64,000 nt of DNA from Octopus vulgaris (GCA_951406725.2 OX597815.1:112220001-112284000); one strand, 5' to 3'. Counted from the first letter of the stretch, positions 42,540 through 55,187 are shown. A program made the numbers and translations. The notes: generated by a model from the letters alone, not told the origin.

Positions 42540-42878
42540 AGCCTCAGGCCGACCAAAGCCTAGTGAGTAGATTTGGTAGACGGAAACTGGAAAAAAATCC
42601 GTCCTATAGGTGTGTGTGTGTATGTGTGCGCGCGCGCGTTTGTATATTTATGTGTATGTGCCTTTGTGTCTATGTTTGTCCCCCGCACCATTCCTTGAAA
42701 AGCAAAGCTGGTGTGTTTACGTTCCCGTATCATAGCGGTTCGGCAAAATAGAACGATAGAATAAGTACTAGGCTTACAAAGAATAAGTCCTGTGACCTAT
42801 TTGTTCGACTAACACCCTTTAAGGCTATGCTCCAGCGTGGCCTCAGTCAAGTGACCGAAACAAGTACAAAAATAAAAA
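42540..42878 (+). mobile_element. family A SINE, 5'-truncated
   Basis: GCCTCAGGCCGACCAAAGCC...GATAGAATAAGTACTAGGCTTACAAAGAATAAGTCC. Confidence 0.8.
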
Positions 42879-45672
42879 TATATATATTTAATGACCATTC
42901 TGTTCCAAAATCTGAACAGTAATAAAAAATAAACTCCGAACAATTCGTAAATAAAAATCCATGGTCCGCTACATCGTTATGGTAAATACAATGGCGGTGC
43001 CCCAGCATGGCCACAGCTCAAGAGCTGAAACTGGAAAAACAAAAACAAAACAAAAACAAATATTTGGTAGTAGTATATATATTCATTTATGTATGTATGC
43101 ATATATGTATGTACGTATATATGTATGTATGTATGTATGTATGCATGTATGTATGTATGTATGTATGTATGTAAGTATGTATGTATATATGTATGTATAA
43201 ATTAACATATACATTAAACATTAAATCCGATTGAAGGAGAAAACTGAGCATGGTGGCTAAATATCTTTTAAGTTCTAAAAGAAATTACATTGTAAGTCCA
43301 ATGATATTGTTTTTTTTTTTTTTCATTCAACAAAACTGAAACAACATAGCAATTTTCCGAAAAAAATTTTAATAAATAATTACCATTATTACTCTGTCCT
43401 AATACAGACTTTCTTGTATGCATTATAGTTAAGAAAAATCATATTGAAAACGCTTATATGAGTGTTGCGTGTCTGAAAGAAATGGAAGGAAGCAGGTTGT
43501 GAGACAGACAAGGAAACTGCTGAAGAGAAAGAAAAGACAAACTAAAGTGAATCTCAAGGACAAAACAAAGCTTCTGTACCACTCACTAATGTCCCACTGT
43601 ACTCGCACTTCGTTATAACTAACATTCTTTCAACACCTCACTGCTCTAATATTCCTTATTTTACCATAACGATGTAGCAGACCATGGATTTTTATTTACG
43701 AATTGTTCGGAGTTTATTTTTTATTACTGTTCAGATTTTGGAACAGAATGGTCATTAAATTGCGGAAATTATAATAATGACCTTTTTCGAAGTAGATGAA
43801 TAATTATCTAAGGTTATTCTTAAGTAATTAGTTTGCATTTTTCACTAGAAAAACTGTGATGATGATATTTAATAAATATATTCTCCAGCCTTTTGTACAC
43901 ATATTCTGTGACCTTTTGGCGAATGAGACATGGGACTTTGCTATAAAAGAAATTCTCTTCACAGGCTTTTCTTTGTAACTGTGATGGAACAAAAGGCATT
44001 CTAATACAATTATTATATGTTGTGCATAAAGTTAAAATATCACATTACATTTGGGTTATTAAAATACTTACTCCGAAAATTTCCCCCTACTGTACATACA
44101 CACAGAGACGCACATATGAGCACACACATACATGCAATGCATGTAACGTATTTGATAGAAAAAATACAGAAAACAATATCAGCTCTCTTTCAATATATTC
44201 ATTCCTAAATCAATGTCAGTAATTCTTACCGCACACACATATTAGGTAATCCGTAAGAAACATTCTCGGAAGGAATCATTTTGAAATATGAACTACGAAT
44301 TTAAGTATACACAAACATAGAATGGAAATTCGAAAACTAATGATAAATAAATAGGAATACATGTGAAAATAAAGGTAGAAAAACAGAAAAGAAGGATGGA
44401 GAAAAGAAGACAGAAAGAAAGAAAGAAAGAAATATGACCAGAACATAAAAACTAGGCATTCAACATAGGAATTCTAACCAGCACTTCTCTTATTTAGATT
44501 ACATATCTGTATACCACGTAGAATAAAGTGCTTCCAGCAGACAATAAATCACGATGAGTTAAGGTCGCACAATAACAAACGGACAGGAGGAATCTGAACA
44601 TATAAATGTACTAAGATATACAAATACGTTTTTATGAGAATTGAGAGTTTGATAATTACATTTATAAACGCATTTACGGACATTTTAGTACATGTCCACC
44701 TTACATGTATACAAGCCTATGTAAACATGCTCCAAATTATATTCATGTATGGATGCTCATTGACATAGGTGTAACTTTATTAACATATGCATGTAAACTT
44801 AAGCATACATATACACGCTCATATATGTTTATGTATAACTACGCATACACATTTATATGAATACCCACAGTACTGTCTACTGTACAAAAACACACACACA
44901 CATATATACATATAGGTACATACACAGACATATGTATGTGTATATATATGTATGTATGTATATATATATATACAATATCACTTATGGCTATGTACGTATA
45001 CAAGTACGTCCACAAGCATTTACATACATCAGGCAGGGAAAACACATTAGATGTACATTAGGAAAACAGTAAATTATATACAAACGAACGGTATAGCAAA
45101 TGATATGTAAAACATCCCAATATTACATTGTTATAATACAAAAATGTACAATATAATGGAGAGATAAGAATGTAGTCGAGAACTTCATAATTGCCAGAAA
45201 ATACAAAATATAAGAAATAAATCATAAAACTTAGGTCAGTGTAATAGGCGGAGTAAATGGGTGAATATTAAATTATAAGACGATATTGTAGATATTCTTA
45301 AAATTTCTAAAAGTAAAGTTTGGTCAAAGCAATTTGGGTACGCCTATGTATGTGTAAAAGTAAGGTAGGAGTGTGTATATATATGCCAGCGTATATCATG
45401 GTTACCACACTTATAGATAGTTCATGATCCGTTATACTTAAGATTCAAGTGTACTTATGTTTGTATTCAATTATCCAGTTGGTTGCTCTCTGCCATTAGA
45501 TCTCTCTCGATTGCTTCACGTGTGCATAGAACATTTTCTTTAAGAATTCATAGCAGGTATGTAGATCTTATGTAACACCAAGAAACTTCATGCAAACAAA
45601 ATACATCAAGTTGTATAATGATACATATATCTACATACATGCATATATATATATGTGTGTGCGTGTGTGTGT

Positions 45673-45731
<59 letters not shown>

Positions 45732-45811
45732 TGTTAAACAGGACTGCAAACATTAAGGCAAGATAAACGTCTCAAGTCGTATACAATACTATAATAGGAA
45801 GAAATTCAAAA

Positions 45812-45865
45812 TCTTACGGCTGTTTCTGCGATATCCTTGAATATGGGATATTCCGTCATCAGAGA
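45812..45865 (-). ncRNA. type-I hammerhead motif, slightly degenerate
   Basis: TCT-CTGATGA-CGGAATATCC CATATTCAA GGATATCGCA-GAAA-CAGCCG-TA-AGA. Confidence 0.6.
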
Positions 45866-46009
45866 CAAATAGGGGAAAATAGGGAAAATGAGAATGATAT
45901 ATATTAATAAGATCACGTCATAGAGGAAGGGAGTAAAAAACAGCTTCTGTTTTTCTTCTTCTTTTCCAAATCCCTATTCTTTTACTTCCCTGCATCTCCT
46001 TATTCTTTT

Positions 46010-46770
46010 ATTGCAACCATTTTCATGTGGAAAATCAAAAAACCTCGACAAATGGGTACCACATGATTTGAATGAAAATGAGAAAATACGCAGATATTTG
46101 CTCGTTGCTTCTTCTCCATAACCAAACAGATCCATCTCTCGATCGTATTGTAATATAGGATGAAAAGTGGATTCTGTACAATAATAAAAATAAAAGAAAT
46201 TTTCGGAGTGTCTAGACCAAAATGAAGCATCGAAAAACCTTCCATAAAGCACAGCTCTTCAAACAGTGGGTTATGGTGACTGTGATGTACTGCTGGGCTT
46301 ATCCACCATAGCTTCTTAAAATTCGGAAAAACCATTCGTGCAGAAACATATTGCTTATGAAATTGGCAAAATGAAAGAAAAATTGATACTGCTCCGACCC
46401 AGACTGGTCAACAGAAGAGGGTCCACACGTTTCACTAATGATGCTCCTGACGTTGAGGTAACTTGTCTACGAAATTCCTCCCTACCCAGTTTATTCCCCA
46501 GACCTTTCTCCTACCGACTGCCACTTTTTCAAGCACTTTGTTGGTTTCCTGCGAGAGAAGGAGTTCAACATCAAACCGACGCTGAAAGTGCGTTCAATGA
46601 GTTCATCAGCTTCAGGACTCCAGATATTTGTTACCATATTAAACAAAGTTGTCAGTCGTTGGCAAAAATCTGTTGACTGTAATGGTACTTACTTTGATTA
46701 ATAAAATTCCCGCATTGTTGAAATATATTGTGATGAATTTCATATTTCATACTTTTTAGACAGCTTGATA
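46010..46770 (+). mobile_element. mariner transposase pseudogene (catalytic part) with 3' TIR
   Basis: GKSKNLDKWVPHDL, DRIVI*DEKWILYNN, YSPDLSPTDCHFF and SRWQKSVDCNGTYFD*, the mariner WVPHEL and YSPDLAP signatures, with frameshifts. Confidence 0.88.
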
Positions 46771-46959
46771 TATTAGGTTGTCAAGTATGAAAATTGTAGA
46801 ATGGTATAAGGTAAATTTTAACAGCTACTCATTTTGTGCCTTCATTATATATTAACAATTTTTATTTTTTTGTTAGAAAGCTGACATCAATTTATGTATG
46901 CAAGTATGTATGTACGTATGTGTCAGTGTATGTGTGTGTATTCTTTTATTATATATTTT

Positions 46960-47160
46960 TACTTGTGTCAATCATTTGACTGCTGCCATACTTGAGTAAC
47001 ACTCCATGAAGGATATTACACGAACAATTTGGCCCCAGGACTTATCATTTGGAAACTTAGTACTTATCTTATCGGGCTCTTTTGCCGAAACGCTAAGTTG
47101 CAGGGACGTAAAAACACTAACACCGTTTGTCAAACAGTATGGAGCGACATACACAGACAC
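46960..47160 (-). mobile_element. family A SINE, 3' half
   Basis: TTTACTTGTGTCAATCATTTGACTG...GCCGAAACGCTAAGTTGCAGGGACGTAAA. Confidence 0.72.
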
Positions 47161-47164
47161 ATGA

Positions 47165-47202
<38 letters not shown>

Positions 47203-47240
47203 ATATATATACCAATAGATAGTTGGATATATAGATAGAT

Positions 47241-47279
<39 letters not shown>

Positions 47280-47282
<3 letters not shown>

Positions 47283-47620
47283 GAAATATTAAAATAACTA
47301 AGTCTCTCTAAAAGAGAACAGCGGCAGCGTTCCCGGAAAATAATAGTTATCGCCATACTAATATGGCATTCTTATAAAAATAAGAAAAAAGCGACACCTA
47401 CTGGCTGGCTACGCTGCATTGAAAAGGGGCAATACCCCAAAACGCGTCTGTAGCTGCCGGTCAAGTAGTGTGGAGCGACTGACCTCCCTTGTTCGAAGGT
47501 TATATGGATACAGTTTGTGTATCAAATAGCTAACTTAAGGCGATGGCCTCATGGAGCTAATAAGCGGACAGCTTTTTTCTTATTTTTATAAGAATGCCAT
47601 ATTAGTATGGCGATAACTAT

Positions 47621-47625
<5 letters not shown>
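47280..47625. mobile_element. small (TA)n-embedded cassette with 54-bp inverted repeats and a decayed HHR (47413-47454, +)
   Basis: 47339-47392 and 47571-47624 are reverse complements. GCTGCA-TTGAAAA-GGGG CAATA CCCC-AAAA-CGCG-TC-TGTAGC has HHR topology with three core transitions. Confidence 0.68.
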
Positions 47626-47659
<34 letters not shown>

Positions 47660-47908
47660 AGTCCTTTACTTGTTTCAGTCATTTGACTGTGGCCATGCTG
47701 GAGCATCGTCTTTACTCGAGCAAATCGATCCCAGGCCTTATACTGTGTAAGCCTAGTACTTATTCTATCGGTCTCCTTTGCCGAACCGCTAAGTTACGGG
47801 GAGGTAAACACACCAGCATCGGTTGTCAAGCGATGTTGTTGCGGGGGGGGGGGGTTCAAACACAGACACACAAACATATATACATACATATAAATATATA
47901 TATATATA

Positions 47909-47958
<50 letters not shown>

Positions 47959-48041
47959 CACATATATATATATGACGGGCATCTTTCAGTTTCCGACTAT
48001 GGTAGTCGGAAACTGAAAGATGCCCGTCATATATATATGTG

Positions 48042-48093
<52 letters not shown>

Positions 48094-48209
48094 AGGGTTT
48101 GGTCGGCCCGAGGCTATAGAAAACACTTGCCCAAGGTGCCATGCAGTGGGACTAAACCCGGAACAATGTGGTTGGTAAGCAAGCTATTTACTACACAGAC
48201 ACTCCTATG

Positions 48210-48212
<3 letters not shown>
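47660..48212 (-). mobile_element. family A SINE carrying an internal fold-back duplication
   Basis: Matches 16925-17340 apart from the inverted duplication at 47909-48093. Confidence 0.85.
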
Positions 48213-48258
<46 letters not shown>

Positions 48259-48260
<2 letters not shown>

Positions 48261-48930
48261 TGAATATAAAATAGTGTTTATCTAAACACAAGAGAAAACC
48301 GCCTTCAACAGGCAGTTTTTAAACGCTAGAAGTAGTCAAAACGACCAAAACCACATTTAAGAGCAATCTTCAAAAGGAATAAAAAATAAACACTTTCACC
48401 TTGTTATTTTATTCCAGTCAGACCTAGGTTTCAACATTTTTTAAGCAAATAAAATAATTTGCTTCGCGAATTTCTTGACTGTGCCATAACACTAAAATAT
48501 AATTAAGAGACGAATAACACGTGTCTCATCGTAATACATTATAATTTTTCAAATTCACCGCACAAGCGCAGTTTTACTCGGCAGTTAATGAATAAATGCC
48601 GAAATAATCTTTTAAAAATTGCTAAATATACATAAAATATAGGGTAGTGTATTTTTTTAGAAATTTCACTACCAGTGGCCTAGCATGTATAGTAGTCAAT
48701 AGACAACATATTCTCAATATAAAATAGTGTACAATTAAGCACAATAACAAACTGCTTTCAACAGGCAGTTTTTACATGCTAGAAGGAATAGTCAAAACGA
48801 CCAAAAGGCAGTTTTCTCTTGTGTTTAAATGTACACTATTTTATTTTGACAATGTTTTGTCTATGGACTTTTATGCATGCTAGGCCGGTGGTAGTGAAAT
48901 TTCTAAAACAAACGCACTACCCTATATTCT
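48259..48930. mobile_element. non-coding element with ~453-nt direct period, inversion and damaged HHR
   Basis: 48263-48350 recurs at 48716-48807, and ~48637-48757 is inverted at ~48808-48927. Minus-strand CAGTCA..GAAA-CCTAGG-TC-TGACTG at 48415-48481. Confidence 0.65.
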
Positions 48931-48941
48931 ACATATACATA

Positions 48942-48984
<43 letters not shown>

Positions 48985-49190
48985 AAATGGATAAATGAAT
49001 TATCTTGTTACGGATTATTCAAAATGTAACCGATACCTGGGTAGCAAAAATCACAACAGAAAAAATACGGTTGAGGTTACGACCATGGGGTGTTGCAACC
49101 GTGCCCTAGCGCGGATAATTGAAGTTTTATATATTTAGTGAAGGGAAGAAATGGAGCTGAACGAAGATTCTACAAAATTCCTTTTTATTA

Positions 49191-49274
49191 TTTTCTACAC
49201 ATGTTTCAAAGGCTGCAAATTTCCAAATTCGGATTGAATAAGGAGACCATTTTGCAGCTTTCTCTTCAGGAAAA
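49191..49274 (-). ncRNA. type-I hammerhead ribozyme in pLTR
   Basis: TTTTC-CTGAAGA-GAAAGCTGCAAA...TTTGCAGCCTTT-GAAA-CATGTG-TA-GAAAA. Confidence 0.78.
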
Positions 49275-49879
49275 ACCAGGAATATAAATCTCCAAAACAA
49301 ATGCACAGCAGGCTATTCGAACAAAACGCTCCCTAGGAGCCCATGGTAAGGCACAAACTGTCTCTCAATGTGCGTTGACGTCAGGGTGTGTGAAGGCCGA
49401 CGAAAAAGTCCGTTGAAATAAATCGAGGTCAAACTGCGGTTAAATTTGGTAGGGGAAGAATTCAAGAAAAGCAAAGAGTGTGAATATATTCTGTATAACT
49501 ACTGTTAATGTTCCAATGGTTTTAAGAATGAAAGCTATCTTATTTGGGTGTGAGAAACTACTTACATGTATGCGTGTGTGCGCTTGTGTATGTGTGGCAG
49601 TATGTTAGGAAGCAGCTAGTGGGAAAATATATTGCAGATATTGTAGGTCAAGCGGCCGATAAAAGCCTGTGTCTGTGTGTTCGTCTGTGGTCAGTTTATA
49701 CACAGATGACTTGTTAAACAAGGGGAGTATAATCCCTGATATTGTTTCTAAATAAGTAGCAGATCATACGCTAAAAGGGGAGTAATTTCCCTTTACAAAT
49801 TTAATTCAAAATTTTTTTCAAAATTTTTCCCAAATTTTTTTCTTTTCTTAGGACATCAAGGTGTTAATTATCTTAGGCC

Positions 49880-50690
49880 TCAATTGTATGCAAGAAATGT
49901 GTGCCGCCTCCAATGGGGACATCTGAAAGAGTTTTGCAAAATCGCGTTAACTAGCCGCCCACGGGCGAACAAAATGTGAAAAAGTTCAGAGTTGCAGAGA
50001 TTACAGATTCTTTTGCCTCTATCAAACGGTACAGACACCGATAAAATCGACCATTCCAGTCTAAATGCTGAATTCGCGTTCTTCAAACGCCAGATCAATT
50101 TACTTAGTCCGGTCGCGTGTTGTTTTCTAAAATCGCGAAATGTTGTGAAGTGGTTCGATATTCTCACGGCCAATTTTGATGATGACGCTCCGATATACAA
50201 GTAGACATCTGATTCAGTATAAACTCTGCATTGGTAAATGGCATTTCTAATCTTGGAATTACTAGATAAGAACCTTATTCTATTGGGATTGGCTTCAGAT
50301 ATTAATACGGCGTTCTTATTACTATGATGATTGCGAGAACTGCGGTTGTCTTCGACATTATACACCCCATTATCAATACTATTTAATGGAATATCACCTG
50401 TATATTCCCTGGCACTGACATCGCTGTGATTGCTAATGTCTGTGATGCTACTGTTGTCAAAACCGTTGCTAAGAGTGTTATTGGGACTCTCTACATTAAT
50501 GACTCGGACAGTGCTCTCATCCCCATTACCATTACTAACGCTAGTGTCGTCACCATTGCTCCTATCCTTATTCCTATTATTAACTCCATGGCTGGTATGG
50601 AGATTGCTAATCTCTGTGCCGGTTCTATTATCATTATTATTATTATTATTACTGCGCGTTATTCTGCGTATCCGACCGAGGGTGAGAGGG
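49880..50690 (-). pseudogene. PLE GIY-YIG endonuclease domain with long Asn/Ser-rich linker (open frame 50690-49880)
   Basis: AIYQCRV..LYIG..RISNH..F..TGLSKLIWRLK..WSIL..CNLCNSE..I..LVN..CPH. After one frameshift upstream: FPRNSRYY..VRIAFSNTKNLSQIISSHNNKL (Naiad-like). Confidence 0.85.
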
Positions 50691-51256
50691 TCTTATTTAG
50701 CAGCTTATTGTTATGGGAGGAAATTATCTGTGAGAGATTCTTAGTGTTGGAGAAGGCTATCCTAACTTTGTGTGAGTTAACAGTGGCGTAATACCTGGAA
50801 TTTCTGGGAAAATTACTAAGTTATCTGTGTATAAACTGACCACAGACGAACACACAGACACAGGCTTTTATCGGCCGCTTGACCTACAATATCTGCAATA
50901 TATTTTACCACTAGCTGCTTCCTAACATACTGCCACACATACACAAGCGCACACACACATACATGTAAGTAGTTTCTCACACCCAAATAAGATAGCTTTC
51001 ATTCTTAAAACAATTCGAACATTAACAGTAGTTATACAGAATATATTCACACTCATTGGTTTTCTTGAATTCTTCCCCTACCAAATTTAACCGCAGTTTG
51101 ACCTCGATTTATTCCAACGGACTTTTTCGTCGGCCTCCACACGCCCTGACGACAACGCACATTGAGAGACAGTTTTGTGCCTAACCATGGGCTCCTAGGG
51201 AGCGTTTTGTTCGAATAGCCTGCTGCGCATTTGTTTTGGAGATTTATATTCCTGGT

Positions 51257-51340
51257 TTTTCCTGAAGAGAAAGCTGCAAAGTGGTCTCCTTATTCAATCC
51301 GAATTTGGAAATTTGCAGCCTTTGAAACATATGTACAAAA
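51257..51340 (+). ncRNA. type-I hammerhead ribozyme in inverted pLTR
   Basis: TTTTC-CTGAAGA-stem II-GAAA-CATATG-TA-CAAAA, with palindromic stem III ACATATGT. Confidence 0.75.
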
Positions 51341-51393
51341 TAATAAAAAGGAATTTTGTAGAATCTTCGTTCAGCTCCATTTCTTCCCTTCAC

Positions 51394-51431
<38 letters not shown>

Positions 51432-51690
51432 AAAGAAAATGGTATATACGAGAATTTATTATTAATGACGACAATTGTTGCGAAACATCTAGTATCGATT
51501 CCTCTTGAATGGGACACTCAACAACTGGTGCAGGAGCATCTGATGGTGCAGATGGATTTCGTCGAATAATCAATAAATAAAAACAACTCGTTAAAATGAC
51601 TGTTCTACAATGTAACTTACTGTTTTGTAGAGAGAAGCTACGACGTGTAAACCATTCGTTTTATTATATATATATATATATATATATATA

Positions 51691-51846
51691 CGACGGGCTT
51701 TTGGGGGCCTTCCGTTCACTCACAAGAATTTGGTCTGCCCGCGGCTATAGTAGATGTCATTTGCCTATGGTCTCATGTAGTGTGACTGAACTTCGAACCA
51801 TGTGGTCGGGAAGCAAGCTTCTTGTCACAGAGTCACTCCTGCGCCT
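51691..51846 (-). mobile_element. family A SINE, 5' half
   Basis: CGACGGGCTT..TTGGTCTGCCCGCGGCTATAGTAG..CACTCCTGCGCCT. Confidence 0.75.
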
Positions 51847-51862
51847 ACAAATACATACATAC

Positions 51863-51896
<34 letters not shown>

Positions 51897-51944
51897 GTGT
51901 GTGTGAGTGTGTGTGTGTATGTATGTATGCATGTATGTATGTAT

Positions 51945-52220
51945 GGCCTCATTTACTGCATTAAATGCAACCTATGCGGGATGCTGTATGTAGGACAGAC
52001 GGGACGCCGGTTGTCCGACCGATTCACAGAACATTTGAGGGACGTTCGCCTACACTTTTTTTCTCCCGTCGCACGCCACTTCCGCTCGGCCAGCCATTCC
52101 CTAGATGACATCTCAGTGTTTGGTCTCGCCCCACACAATGGTCGTCCACTTTCTAGGCTCCACTTGTAGCAACGCTACATCTTCACCCTACAAACCACTA
52201 CCCCACACGGACTTAACACA
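51945..52220 (+). pseudogene. Neptune-type PLE GIY-YIG endonuclease fragment
   Basis: GLIYCIKCNLCGMLYVGQTGRRLSDRFTEHLRDV..PVARHF..HS..RLHL*QRYIFTLQTTTPHGLN. Confidence 0.88.
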
Positions 52221-52254
52221 GCCCCCTCCTCCTAAGGTTTTTTTCCGGATAAAC

Positions 52255-52557
52255 ACCCCCCACACACACACCTACCTACATCCCACACGCCTGTTTACAC
52301 ACACACATACGGATACACATCTACGTACACACATTCACACATTTAATCACACATACTTATAGACATACATGCACACACTAACATACAAACCAACATGCAC
52401 ATACATACACACATACATAGATACACACACACATACATACTTACACACACACACACACACATACATACATACATACATACATACACACATACATATGCAC
52501 ATACATACACACACACACACACACACATCGCACATACATACTTCACACATCTATACT

Positions 52558-52589
<32 letters not shown>

Positions 52590-52983
52590 TACGCACACAC
52601 ACATACATACACACATACCTACACATGCACACCTTTACACGAATGCACACACACATACACCTATTTGCACCCAGGCAGCCCCCCCCCCTCTTTTCTGCTT
52701 TCTGGTTTTGGTTGATGGATCCTCGGTTCCCGTGGAGCGGGTTGTTTGGGGGCCCCCGCGCGCGCACGCCTTGGCGCGTGCTGGGTTTTGGTCGGCCCCA
52801 TGGGCTTGCGTTGCATTGTTTGTGTGTTGTGTGTGTGAGCGTGCTCCGTGTGTGTGGGCGTGCTTCGGGTGTGTGCGTGCGTATGTATACATACATACCC
52901 ACACACACGCATGCATCCCTACCCACATACATACACGCACACCCACATACATACACGCACACCTACTCACACACACACTTACA

Positions 52984-53015
<32 letters not shown>

Positions 53016-54182
53016 TACATAGATACACACACATACCTACTTCAGACATACACACACACAGACATACACCCATACACTCACACTCACACGCATACACACA
53101 CACACACATACACACGCACACGCACACATACACACACACACACCTACATACATACATTACACTTGTACACACACACACTTACATTCATACACACACACAC
53201 CTACACAGCCATACCTTCACTCATACATACACACATACCTACACACACACACAAACACTCACAGACACACACCCATACATACATAAACCTATACACACAC
53301 GCCTACACACATACATACACACATACATGCACACACACATACATACATACATACACCCACACACATACACATACACATACTTACATACTCCTATACGCAC
53401 ATACATACACACAGACATACACACATACACACTCACACATACATACACACACATACTTACACACACACTCGCCTGCACGCGCACACACATGCATGACAAA
53501 CACCCATGCACTCACACTCACACACACACCAACATATACATGCACACGCACACATACACGCAGACACACACCTACACTCCTACACACATACATACGCACC
53601 TACATACACATACACACGCACACACACGCACACACACGCATACATACATACATTACATACGTACACACACACCTACATACACATGCATACACACACACAC
53701 AAACACACACGGACACACCCATACATACATACATACACCTATACACACACGCCTACACACCTACATACACACACATGCATACACACACATACACGGACAC
53801 ACCCATACATACTTACATACATACACCTATACACACACGCTTACACACCTACATACACACACATGCATACACACACACACATGTACGCACATACACACAC
53901 ATATACGCACATACATATATACATACACACATGCACACTCACATACACACACACATACGCACATGCATACGCATACACGCATACATGCATACATGCATAC
54001 ACACACACACGCACGTACACATACACATACATACACCCATACAAATACATGCATCCTACACACACAGACATACACACTCACACATACATACACACACACA
54101 CTCACTCACACACCTGCATGTACGCGCACACACATGCACATACACACACTTCCACACACACACACGTACATACATACACACT

Positions 54183-54215
<33 letters not shown>

Positions 54216-54340
54216 GGACATACATCTATATACACACATATACACACATATACTTACATACATTCATCGGACACACTGACACCCAGACTTACACACAGAC
54301 ACACTCACACATCCACACACATACATACTTACCCACACAC
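52255..54340. repeat. degenerate (CA)/(CATA)-rich low-complexity tract, ~2 kb, interrupted at 52670-52882
   Basis: Directly visible; source of the 641-aa and 525-aa His/Thr ORFs. Confidence 0.95.
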
Positions 54341-54581
54341 TCGCAGGCGCGCGCACATACACGCTTGTTCACGTTCGCGCACGCATACACGCATGCATGC
54401 ACCACGCTCGTGGTTGACCGACTAGATCTCCTGTACGTATCTGGGGCCGGCGCGTGTCTTTGGGTTCTCCCACGCCTGTCGCCGCGGGACCACTCTTCCA
54501 TCTTCCCCTTTCCCCCCTCTCCGCTGCAGTTTTTTTTTTCCTTAATGTAGAGACATTAAAAAATCAAATGCAAAGGTTATT

Positions 54582-54634
54582 TGAGAACGTACGTTTCAAG
54601 ATTAGTCAAAATCGACACTTCTATCATCAGCTCA
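54582..54634 (-). ncRNA. type-I hammerhead ribozyme
   Basis: TGAG-CTGATGA-TAGAAGTGTCGATTTTGACTAATCTT-GAAA-CGTACG-TT-CTCA, with palindromic stem III ACGTACGT. Confidence 0.72.
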
Positions 54635-54851
54635 GAACTCCCTGGTTTGGATTTGAAAACACTGAAAGTGGGAGCATACCCTTTCGGCTTGTTATCACCT
54701 CTGAAGATCTGCTCAAAACTAACAGTGCCAGCAAATTCAAATATGCAAGCGAAGAATTTCTGCTCTCCCCTTTCCACCAGCGTGGGTTAAAAACAGCAAA
54801 CACTATGTTTTTTTCGGTAAAATCCGAGGCATTATATAGAGAGAGATGAAT

Positions 54852-55187
54852 TATAATTTCAACAATTGAGGGTAAAATTAATTAATTAATCAATTTTACC
54901 AAGTATTCAGTATACAAAGGGACCATTTAAGGCGAATTCAAATTATTACATTATATAAAAGGGCTTAGTAAAATAAATTACTTTGCCGCATACTGAACTC
55001 ATTAGAAATAGCAGCTGAAAAAGTTTTTTTAGCTGCTATTTCTAATGAGTTCAGTATGCGGCAAAGTAATTTATTTTACTAAGCCCTTTTATATAATGTA
55101 ATAATTTGAATTCGCCTTAAATGGTCCCTTTGTATACTGAATACTTGGTAAAATTGATTAATTAATTAATTTTACCCTCAATTGTTG

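Larger units (their letters stand above)
48982..51398 (-). mobile_element. 5'-truncated Naiad-type Penelope-like element with inverted pLTR, in (TA)n
   Basis: ~580-bp inverted repeats (49133-49711 and 50819-51398) flank a minus-strand coding body. HHRs at 49191-49274 (-) and 51257-51340 (+). Confidence 0.88.

Noticed and set aside
52625-54550. 641-aa and 525-aa His/Thr-rich ORFs
   Set aside because: They are translations of a degenerate (CA)n tract that rarely produces stop codons, are open in several frames, and show no domain.
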